Positions 16,417 through 23,678 of a stretch of DNA of 37,900 nucleotides are shown in pieces. The DNA comes from a virus (lineage: Duplodnaviria > Caudoviricetes), in IMG/VR virus record IMGVR_UViG_3300016476_000092, positions 1 through 37,900 of that record; one strand, 5' to 3'. The notes under the pieces were generated by a model. The model had not been told where the DNA came from, did not search any database, and saw only the letters and a list, made by a program, of their open reading frames with translations. A program made the translations under genes and the position numbers. How positions within the stretch are numbered: position 1 is the stretch's first letter; the number at the start of each line of letters is the position of its first letter.

Positions 16417-16752
16417 TCAGGCCGCGGGCTTAGTGTGGAACGGAGTAAGGTCGGAGAACGGTCCGAAGCCGAACTCGTTGCGGTAGCGAACACGGCACTC
16501 GTAATCCGAATCAGCCGTCAATCCCGACATCTGGTACGAGCGTCCCGGCTTAGGAATCAGGGGCCGGACAGTCCACGTATCACCGGCCTTGCGGTATGAG
16601 AACTCCGCGAACGTCCAACCGTCACCCGGAGCGGGGTCGAACACGGCAAGCGCCCTGTCCGGATACAGGCTGCCAACCGTAGGCTTCGGGGGCGCGATTG
16701 GCTTGCGGCCCCGGTCATACACGGTCAGGTACCTGACCTCCATGCTTGGCAT
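16417..16752 (-). CDS. single-FN3-domain protein
   Basis: SGLTADSDYECRVRYRNEFGFGPFS. The ATG overlaps the upstream stop (TAATG). Confidence 0.75.
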   Translation of the reverse strand: MPSMEVRYLTVYDRGRKPIAPPKPTVGSLYPDRALAVFDPAPGDGWTFAEFSYRKAGDTWTVRPLIPKPGRSYQMSGLTADSDYECRVRYRNEFGFGPFSDLTPFHTKPAA

Positions 16753-16955
16753 TACTTCTCCTCCTTGTCCCACTTGCCCAATGGGCAAGAAGCATCTGAC
16801 AACTTCACCTTGGCTTTCATAAAGCAACCGCACTTCTTACACCGGAACGCACCATCCAGTTCGGGGCACTCGCGGCAAGTGCGCCACCTGTCGATCATCA
16901 TCTGCTCGTTCTTGCTGTAAGCCCTAGGGTTGAGCAGTGTCAGCGGGGTTACCAT
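16752..16955 (-). CDS. small Cys-rich protein (DUF6171-like)
   Basis: RWRTCRECPEL...RCKKCGCFMKAKVKLSDASCPLGKW. GGAGG RBS. Confidence 0.75.
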   Translation of the reverse strand: MVTPLTLLNPRAYSKNEQMMIDRWRTCRECPELDGAFRCKKCGCFMKAKVKLSDASCPLGKWDKEEK

Positions 16956-17146
16956 CTGTCCTCCGGGCAAGAGCCAGCCTCATCGGCTGCATGGTGAAAC
17001 ACCACGAAACGTCCAACCCCACACACTCCCTCACGGAAGTGATCACAGGTCAGGCACACGTTCACTCGCTGCGTCGATACATCCATGCTGGCGCGCTTAC
17101 CGCCAGCCTCAGCCATTAGTTCCGCGAGCAGTTCCTCGTCGGTCAC
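16949..17146 (-). CDS. small Cys-rich protein (divergent DUF6171-like paralog)
   Basis: RVNVCLTCDHF..GVCGVG.F...GSCPEDRW. GTGA coupling. Confidence 0.65.
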   Translation of the reverse strand: MTDEELLAELMAEAGGKRASMDVSTQRVNVCLTCDHFREGVCGVGRFVVFHHAADEAGSCPEDRW

Positions 17147-18750
17147 TCCACCACCCCAGACATATCGACAGTCACATTCAGGTCAAGGTCGTGACCAAGC
17201 AACTGCCACGCCATACCCGGCTGCACCCACTCAGGTGCATCCGTGTGCAGCATGTAGCCCCACGAACCGTCAGCCTCCATCAGGACAAGAGCGAAACGGT
17301 CATGGTCGAAGTTCGACTCCCAGTAGCCCTCAGCCACACCACCATCAGTGATCAGCAGGGACGCGCTCTTCACGCCACCGTTGACAAGTTCCTCCTTCTT
17401 GCTGTCATAAGCGACAGGGAAGAAGCCCATCAGGACGGCGTTGCCGTCCAAGTGGGTCAACCGCAGACCGTTCAGTTCGACACGACCATCGCCCTTAGGG
17501 GCCTTGCGGCCCTTCAGTTGAGTGAGAGACACCTTCGTCCACTCACCGAACTGGTCCGTGTAACCGGCAGGAGTACCGTCCCTCACGTCACGCCAGTCAT
17601 CGCAATACGAAGTGCACTGGTCACAAACACGTCGGCGGTCGTACCAGCACATGTCGCCAGCGCAACCGCACTGGCCCCACGACTGGCTCTCGCACGGCGG
17701 TGCCGTACCGCAGTGGCAGTTGCCCCACTCTTCACGGCAGTTGCACTCGTGCGTACCGCACGGGTACGGGAAGTTCTCCTTGTGGTACGTGTACTGCCTG
17801 CGGGAAATGTAGGTACGGCGTTCCACGCCGTTGCCGTACTTCACGTTGATGTACGTGTCGGCACTGGGAGCAGTGACGGTGATCGTGTCACCAGACACGG
17901 TCGCGTTAGGCCCAGCCGTGTAGACGGCTGTGCCGATGAAGTTCGACACCTTCCATGTACCGGCAGCAGTCTGCGTCAGAGATGCAGGATCACTGCCGGG
18001 GCAGGTTCCCCACTTCGGCTTCTGCGCTGCCGTCATGGCAGCCCCATTAGCAAAGTCCTTAGGCTCCGAAGCGATGTTGGCGACACACCAGCCAGACAAG
18101 TCCTGACTGAACGCGGTGGCTCCGGTAAACATGGCCTCCATGTCAACCACCTTGGACGTGTCCCAATCACCGATGTCTTGATTGAACGCCCCAGCAGAGA
18201 TGAACATGTTTTTCATGTTGGTGACCTTGGACGTATCCCAATCACCAATGTCAGTGTTGAACTTCGGGCACCCACCGGCAAACATTGAGTCGAACGAGAC
18301 GAGGTTTGACGTGTCAAGGTTCGCAAGTGCAGGGGCGTTGGCAAGTTTGGAACCCCAGAATGCCCGTGAACCATGCGCGATCTGGTTGCGCTTGCCCGTG
18401 ATGGAGTTGAGCCCAAACTGGTGAATGTTGGTCAACCAGCCAAGCGTCGCGAGGATCTTTTCGTCCGACCCCCAGTCGAAGACTGCTTTCACTGTGTATG
18501 TTCCAGCGTTGGTGTACGTGTGGTTGGGCGCTAGAGGTACGTTCTTCTCAACAGTTCCGTCACCCCAGTTGACATACGTTGCACCAGTCATTGTGGGGAG
18601 GTAGATCTTCGCCCCGGCAGTAACCGTCGCATCAAAGATGTGGCAGTCCTCAATCGGTGCACCTTCAAGGAACAACGACCACTTGCCATTCACCTTCGCG
18701 TACCCGGCAGTGGCCTCATGCCACTGACCGGACGCCTTAACCTTCAGCAC
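17143..18750 (-). CDS. tail fibre/receptor-binding protein with PKD-like, DUF285 (BspA-like) repeat and Cys-rich domains
   Basis: GGAG RBS before GTG 18750. VNWGDG..HTYTNAGTYTV (PKD), IGDWDTSKVTNMKNMF repeats, and a 12-Cys segment. Confidence 0.8.
   Translation of the reverse strand: MLKVKASGQWHEATAGYAKVNGKWSLFLEGAPIEDCHIFDATVTAGAKIYLPTMTGATYVNWGDGTVEKNVPLAPNHTYTNAGTYTVKAVFDWGSDEKILATLGWLTNIHQFGLNSITGKRNQIAHGSRAFWGSKLANAPALANLDTSNLVSFDSMFAGGCPKFNTDIGDWDTSKVTNMKNMFISAGAFNQDIGDWDTSKVVDMEAMFTGATAFSQDLSGWCVANIASEPKDFANGAAMTAAQKPKWGTCPGSDPASLTQTAAGTWKVSNFIGTAVYTAGPNATVSGDTITVTAPSADTYINVKYGNGVERRTYISRRQYTYHKENFPYPCGTHECNCREEWGNCHCGTAPPCESQSWGQCGCAGDMCWYDRRRVCDQCTSYCDDWRDVRDGTPAGYTDQFGEWTKVSLTQLKGRKAPKGDGRVELNGLRLTHLDGNAVLMGFFPVAYDSKKEELVNGGVKSASLLITDGGVAEGYWESNFDHDRFALVLMEADGSWGYMLHTDAPEWVQPGMAWQLLGHDLDLNVTVDMSGVVE
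18030..18330 (-). repeat. 25-aa DUF285-type repeats
   Basis: Near-identical DNA cttggacgtRtcccaatcaccRatgtc at 18151 and 18226, a 75-nt period. Confidence 0.8.
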
Positions 18751-19534
18751 TTGCCACTCCAATCGCGGCAACTTCGTAAGCAACTACGAGAAGGCCATTC
18801 GACGCATCGACCCAGCCCCTTCCAAGCCAAGACGCCCCCTCGCCGTTGAAGTACTGGGAAACCCCGGTGTTGATCTCCGTCCCGCCGCCACGGCCCCAAA
18901 CCTGAAGATGGCCTTCGGCCTTGGCAATCACGCCGGGAACTGGAAGACCGTCAGACGGGTTGACTCGCCAAACAAGTTGCCCTTCTCCTCCAGCGCCACC
19001 ACCGCTACACGAAGAGTCGGACTGGTTCCACGCGGCACCAGCGAAAGGGCTAGACTGACTGGCCGACGTTGGCAACCCAGACGAGCCTGCTGCTGATCCG
19101 CTGGCACGTTTGCCGCCGGTTGCAGTTTTGCCGAACGCTGACGTGTCACCGCCGTCAGTCAACTCATCGACAGAACTGTCGGAACTCATCCCGGCAGATC
19201 CAACAGTCACGGAATAGGGAGTTGACGATGCGGCAAGCGAGAACGAACTGTCAATCAGAACTCCGCCCCCTCCGCCGCCTAGCCAAGCGCTTCCGCTTTC
19301 CCCGTCCTTGTCGTAGTCGGCCTTGAAGCCACCACCACCAGCACCAGCCAGCGACACCACGAACGGGTCAACGGACTGGCGTACTAGAAGTTGTCCACTG
19401 CTGCGGAAGACGTGCGCCTTCCACGTCTTCCCGCCGAAGGTAAATGTCGATTCTTCGCCGCCTTGGGCATCGTTGTACTTCCTTGATGGGATGTCGGAAA
19501 CCCACGCCCCGTTGATCTTCGTGTAGACCGTCAC
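18737..19534 (-). CDS. Gly-rich minor tail / tail-fibre protein
   Basis: KAHVFRSSG, LAGAGGGG, GGGGGGV, YSVTVGSAG and GLLVVAY: the phage glycine-rich domain. Confidence 0.8.
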   Translation of the reverse strand: MTVYTKINGAWVSDIPSRKYNDAQGGEESTFTFGGKTWKAHVFRSSGQLLVRQSVDPFVVSLAGAGGGGFKADYDKDGESGSAWLGGGGGGVLIDSSFSLAASSTPYSVTVGSAGMSSDSSVDELTDGGDTSAFGKTATGGKRASGSAAGSSGLPTSASQSSPFAGAAWNQSDSSCSGGGAGGEGQLVWRVNPSDGLPVPGVIAKAEGHLQVWGRGGGTEINTGVSQYFNGEGASWLGRGWVDASNGLLVVAYEVAAIGVASAEG

Positions 19535-20304
19535 GGCGTGTACACCAGCCAGATGTCTCCGTCCTTGCCCTCGTTAGCCTGCGGCGCAACCGTCGACACG
19601 AAGATCTGCCGTGCGCCACCGATCTTCGGATCGGTAGGCGACAGAACCTGCACCATGCCAGTGAACGTCGCCCCAGCCAGATCAGCCTTCTTCGCCAGAT
19701 CCGCAGTGACCTGAGTCTTCTGCGGATACCGGGCATCCAGCGTCTGGTTCAGAGTGTTCTGATCCAGAGCAAGGTTGTGGGTGTTCGGGTCATACGCCAG
19801 AGGTGCAGTCGCTGACGCGACACCGTCCTTACCCGCAGGGCCAGTAGCCCCCGTATCGCCCTTAGGACCCTGTGCACCGTCCTTACCCGGCGCTCCGGTA
19901 TCTCCCTTAGCCCCCGTGTCACCCTTGGCTCCAGCAGGCCCCTGAGGGCCAGCAGGACCCTGATCACCCTTCGGACCCTGAGGTCCGACAGACGGGCCAC
20001 AGTCCTGCCAGTGATTGTCGGTCGCGTCCCACACGTACAGGTTCTTGCCAACGATGTAAGCGTCACCCGGCGCACCTGTCGGGTGCGCGGCAATGAACTG
20101 CTCGTACGTGTCGTAGTAGCCCTTCAGGGCAATGCCCTGACCCTGCTCACCCTTATCGCCCTTCGGGCCAGCAGGCCCAGCAGGACCCTCCGGTCCCTGA
20201 GGACCGGCAGGACCGACAACGATCTTCCCAGCCTCAACATCAGCAATCCACTGAAGCCAGTAGTTGTGGGCTTCCAGATGGCCGTGGTCACCGGGGATTG
20301 GCAT
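19531..20304 (-). CDS. collagen-like tail fibre protein
   Basis: Two Gly-X-Y blocks flanking GDAYIVG..LYVW...W. C-terminal AP...DGDIW motif. Confidence 0.85.
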   Translation of the reverse strand: MPIPGDHGHLEAHNYWLQWIADVEAGKIVVGPAGPQGPEGPAGPAGPKGDKGEQGQGIALKGYYDTYEQFIAAHPTGAPGDAYIVGKNLYVWDATDNHWQDCGPSVGPQGPKGDQGPAGPQGPAGAKGDTGAKGDTGAPGKDGAQGPKGDTGATGPAGKDGVASATAPLAYDPNTHNLALDQNTLNQTLDARYPQKTQVTADLAKKADLAGATFTGMVQVLSPTDPKIGGARQIFVSTVAPQANEGKDGDIWLVYTP

Positions 20305-20312
20305 AGTCGTCC

Positions 20313-20663
20313 TTACTCAATCGGCTGCGGAACAGTTGCAGGTTCGTCGGGCTGGTTCAGTCGCGTGTCGCAGACGAAGATGTCCGACCACTCGTCGTTG
20401 TAGTCGTCCGTGTAACGGACGATCCCGATGTTCAGCGGGATGATCACCCGCGCTTCTTCCATCGTGATGTAGTAGTCGTAGCCAGCCTGAAACAGGCGCA
20501 TCGTGAAGCGGTCGTAGTCCTCAGGGAGAACGCCGTAGATCACCTCGTAGGTGCCATCCCAGTTGACTCCGACGTTGCCGGACTCAACCATCCGGTCCAC
20601 GTACCACGTGGACCATGGCATGCCGACCTTGGCGAACTCTTGGTTGACGGTGAAGCGTGGCAT
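20313..20663 (-). CDS. hypothetical virion protein after the capsid gene
   Basis: GGAAGGAAGAGG before ATG 20663 (MPRFTVNQEF). Confidence 0.7.
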   Translation of the reverse strand: MPRFTVNQEFAKVGMPWSTWYVDRMVESGNVGVNWDGTYEVIYGVLPEDYDRFTMRLFQAGYDYYITMEEARVIIPLNIGIVRYTDDYNDEWSDIFVCDTRLNQPDEPATVPQPIE

Positions 20664-20683
20664 CCTCTTCCTTCCCTCACCCC

Positions 20684-20715
20684 CGGACAGGGACCGGAGT
20701 AGCGGCCCCTGTCCG
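20684..20715 (-). terminator. hairpin after the major capsid gene
   Basis: CGGACAGGGaCCG-gagtag-CGGcCCCTGTCCG. Confidence 0.6.
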
Positions 20716-20734
20716 AGAGTCAGTGCACGGTTGA

Positions 20735-21760
20735 CTAGGCGATCTGCGAAGCACCCGTGTTGAGGACCGCACCGGCCTCCTCGCGGTAGATCGACCATCC
20801 GGCGAAGCCGTACCAGCCGATACCGTGAAGGCGACCGAACTTGTCCAGCGACGGAGTCACGGTCGAACCGAACTCGCGGACGACACCCTCAGCAAGAGCC
20901 TGCTTCCCGAGGAAGAGGGACTTGTAGACGGTGTTCGCACCCGTGCCGGACTTCGGGACGCGAGGCGTCTCGATGAACTGGACGGCCTCGTACACGCCCA
21001 CGGTGCCGTTCCACAGCATCGTGTTCGCGTTCCACTCGGTGTGCGGGAAGCGCCAACCGGCAACGTCCGTCTCCTCGCGGAGGTCGACGGACTGATCCGG
21101 GTGGATCATTCCGATGAAGTGGCCGTCATCGAACTCCATGACGTTCTGCGCACGGAACGAACCAACGATCCGACGGATCGCCTTGGAGTTGATGTTGCCC
21201 AGCGGAGCCGTGCCAGCACCCGGCTTGATGAAGCCGTTGGTGTCGGGGCTGGTCGGGCAGTTGTAGGCAGCGAAGCCCTTGCCCGACACGCCGCCAGCGG
21301 CGGCGAACGCCACACCCTTGACCAGTTCGTCAACGGTGTCACGGAGGTTGCGCGCGAGGATCTCAGCCTGATACGGGTCGATGTTCGCCCAAGACTGATC
21401 CCGCAGACGCAGGGTGGTGACGGTCGCGTTGCCGTACTCGTACGGGGTCAGCGTGACCTTCTTCGGAGCCGGGAGCGGCACCGCATCGGGGTCGGCGTAC
21501 TCAGCCAGCGGAGTAGTCGCGAGGTTGAGGTCGTCGCCCTGAATGAACATATCGACGGACGAACCGGGGTACGCCACGTCGATGGGACGGACATCGGCGA
21601 ACCGACGGTACATGGGCTCCGAACGCAACTTGAAGCCAATGACCTTGTCGAAGGTCGCCTTGACGACAACAGCAGCGAGGCTGTTGTCGCCGGGAGCACC
21701 GGCAGTGGTGCCGGTGATTACGGGACCGGGAAGGCTGGTCCCCTTGAAATCGACTGCCAC
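20735..21760 (-). CDS. major capsid protein (HK97 fold, N4-gp56/podovirus-like)
   Basis: LTPYEYGNA, GMIHPDQSVDLR, GTVGVYEAVQFIETP, LGKQALAE and DKFGR..GWY motifs. Strong codon bias; follows the scaffold gene. Confidence 0.92.
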   Translation of the reverse strand: MAVDFKGTSLPGPVITGTTAGAPGDNSLAAVVVKATFDKVIGFKLRSEPMYRRFADVRPIDVAYPGSSVDMFIQGDDLNLATTPLAEYADPDAVPLPAPKKVTLTPYEYGNATVTTLRLRDQSWANIDPYQAEILARNLRDTVDELVKGVAFAAAGGVSGKGFAAYNCPTSPDTNGFIKPGAGTAPLGNINSKAIRRIVGSFRAQNVMEFDDGHFIGMIHPDQSVDLREETDVAGWRFPHTEWNANTMLWNGTVGVYEAVQFIETPRVPKSGTGANTVYKSLFLGKQALAEGVVREFGSTVTPSLDKFGRLHGIGWYGFAGWSIYREEAGAVLNTGASQIA

Positions 21761-21787
21761 AGTTAATCCTTCTGTGATGGAGGGTTG

Positions 21788-22240
21788 TTAGCGCCCGAGA
21801 GCGGCGAAGATGTCTGCCATCGACTCCGCGTTGTTGATCTGCGTCAGCAGATCCTGAGCAGCGGCGGGAGTACCGCCCTGCTCAGCGAGCGCCATCTGAC
21901 GAATCGCCGCTGCCTCTTCGGCGTTCCGTGCAATCACGGGTTCGCTGCTTGTCGAAGCAGCAGGCTGTCCGAACACGTCCCCGTACTCACCCAGCCACTC
22001 ATCAATCTGCTCGGCAGACAGATCAGCGGGAATGAATGCGGCGATCTTCGGGTTGAGGCCCTTCTCTTCAAGAGCGACAGTGATGACGCGCTTGCGCTCA
22101 CTTGCCGTCAGGACCTTGTTCTCCTCAGACAGATCAGCGATCTGCTTCTGGAGTTCCTTGATCTTCTTGCGAAGGGCCTTGGGAAGGTCGCTCGCGTCAT
22201 CATCCTCATCGAGGATGTTGTCAAGGTCGTACTCGGACAT
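21788..22240 (-). CDS. capsid scaffolding protein
   Basis: Acidic N-terminus, coiled coil LRKKIKELQKQIADL, G.NPKIAAFIP and WL.EYGDVFG. Immediately upstream of the capsid gene. Confidence 0.8.
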   Translation of the reverse strand: MSEYDLDNILDEDDDASDLPKALRKKIKELQKQIADLSEENKVLTASERKRVITVALEEKGLNPKIAAFIPADLSAEQIDEWLGEYGDVFGQPAASTSSEPVIARNAEEAAAIRQMALAEQGGTPAAAQDLLTQINNAESMADIFAALGR

Positions 22241-22362
22241 GGTTCATCTCCCATCGGTATCCATCAACTGGTTTCGCTACCCACACAGCCCTCTGGGGGT
22301 AGGGATGTGGATGTAACTCCCGGTCTTGTACACATCACGGGGCCGGTAGATCCGTGATGGAG

Positions 22363-22441
22363 TGGAGGTGCCCGGAATCGAACCGGGGTGCCGACTCAGT
22401 CCTGTTGAAGGTCTTCTCAGTCGGTCTCGCCTGTCACCCCC
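22363..22441 (-). ncRNA. minimal tmRNA-like (tRNA-Ala-like domain only) RNA
   Basis: GGGGGTG/CACCTCC-A acceptor stem with G3:U70 and discriminator A. Stemless D-loop ACAGGCGAGA, helix CCGACT/AGTCGG, and T-arm CCCGG-TTCGATT-CCGGG. Confidence 0.7.
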
Positions 22442-22448
22442 GAGGGGT

Positions 22449-22471
22449 TACCGCTGAATGTGCCAGCGGTA
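22449..22471 (-). terminator. hairpin between the ejection-protein gene and the tmRNA-like RNA
   Basis: TACCGCTG-aatgtgc-CAGCGGTA. Confidence 0.45.
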
Positions 22472-22488
22472 CCACTTGAAGTCATCTG

Positions 22489-23676
22489 TCACTGGGCAAG
22501 CCTCCCCGCAGACAGGGAGGTCTTGCCGATGCCACTGGAGCCGGAGAATCGTGCACGCTCCTGTGAGGCGAGTTGCTTCTTCTTCTCCGTCACCGCCTCA
22601 GCGCCCTTCAGTCCGAACTGGTCCGTGACCAGTTCGTCCGTGCTGGTGGTCACGCCAGACAGTCGACCGAGTCGCGCGTACGCATCGTCAATCTCCTTGA
22701 CGCTGTTCATCTGCGCGAGCGTGTTTGCGTACGACTGACCGAACGCCTCGTTCTGGGCGATCATGTCGCGGGTCTCGTCCCGCAAGGACAGACCCGCGTC
22801 GATGCCAGCACCGCCAACGGTTGCCTGAGCCATGCGCTTGTTGTACTCAGACTTCAGCATCTCAAGCGTGCGATCCGGGGCGAGCACGTACGACGCCATC
22901 TCCGCGTCACTCATCCCGTAGATCTTGCGCAACTGCTCCTTGATGGAGCCGTTCGCGCTGTAAGTGATGTAGTTCTTCGCCTGCGCCGCACGGTCGGCGA
23001 CCTCAGTCGGCGACACGTCCTTGACGATCCACTGCGCGATGTCGCCTGCCGTACCGAACGTACCGGGCAGATCCTTCAGCGCCTGACGGTACGCCTTCTC
23101 CAGTTCCACATAGCCCTTCGCCGTTGGCTCGGCGACGGGCGGAAGACCCTGAGCAGTGCGCTGCTTGTTCAGTTCGCGGATCGTCTTCACCGCAGGGAAG
23201 CGGTCGTAGTACGCCTGCTGGTAGTTGGCATCCTGCGACAGCATCGTGTTGATGGTGTCCAGATCCGTGTACCCGGCGCGGATCAACTTGTCAACACCAG
23301 CCCACAGGGAGCCCATGCCGTAGGTGTCGATCATCGCCTTGGCTGCGGAGAGGTTCTGGTTCAGGGCAGCCTGACGGGCTGCCTCCGCTGCGGCAGACTG
23401 CTGATTCCAGTAGTTGGTCTCAGCCGGATTCGGACCGGCTGGAGTCGGAGCAGCCGGAGTCGGTGTAGGAGCAGCAGGAGTGGGCGCAGGGGTGGCTGCC
23501 TGAGTAGCGATCTGCGCGTACTGGTTCGCTACAGCCTGAACCTTCGCCTGACCAGATCCCTGAATGTTCGCAGCCGCCTGCGCGTACGCAGCAGCAGCAG
23601 CGTGGTTACCCTGAGCAGCGGCCTGCGCTGCAAGCGCTAGCCGCTGCTGAACCTGCTGGGTCTTCTTGCTAGCCAC
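22489..23676 (-). CDS. probable internal virion (ejection) protein
   Basis: Ala/Gln-rich N-terminus, PAAPTPT linker, YYDRFPA and C-terminal LASQERARFSGSSG. Part of the cluster after the giant gene. Confidence 0.65.
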   Translation of the reverse strand: MASKKTQQVQQRLALAAQAAAQGNHAAAAAYAQAAANIQGSGQAKVQAVANQYAQIATQAATPAPTPAAPTPTPAAPTPAGPNPAETNYWNQQSAAAEAARQAALNQNLSAAKAMIDTYGMGSLWAGVDKLIRAGYTDLDTINTMLSQDANYQQAYYDRFPAVKTIRELNKQRTAQGLPPVAEPTAKGYVELEKAYRQALKDLPGTFGTAGDIAQWIVKDVSPTEVADRAAQAKNYITYSANGSIKEQLRKIYGMSDAEMASYVLAPDRTLEMLKSEYNKRMAQATVGGAGIDAGLSLRDETRDMIAQNEAFGQSYANTLAQMNSVKEIDDAYARLGRLSGVTTSTDELVTDQFGLKGAEAVTEKKKQLASQERARFSGSSGIGKTSLSAGRLAQ

Positions 23677-23678
23677 CG

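Noticed and set aside
18151-18252. DGR-type template/variable repeat pair
   Set aside because: These are in-frame 75-nt protein repeats, and no reverse transcriptase is present in the window.
22358-22390. tRNA/tmRNA 3' end interpreted as attP for the integrase
   Set aside because: It lies 13 kb from int, and the matching 5' acceptor strand and intervening helix are present, which an attP core would not need. Not fully excluded without host sequence.
22395-22415. UCA (opal/Sec) or CAA anticodon in the loop CTTCAACA
   Set aside because: There is no canonical 5-bp anticodon stem or D-arm, so I do not call it a decoding or suppressor tRNA.
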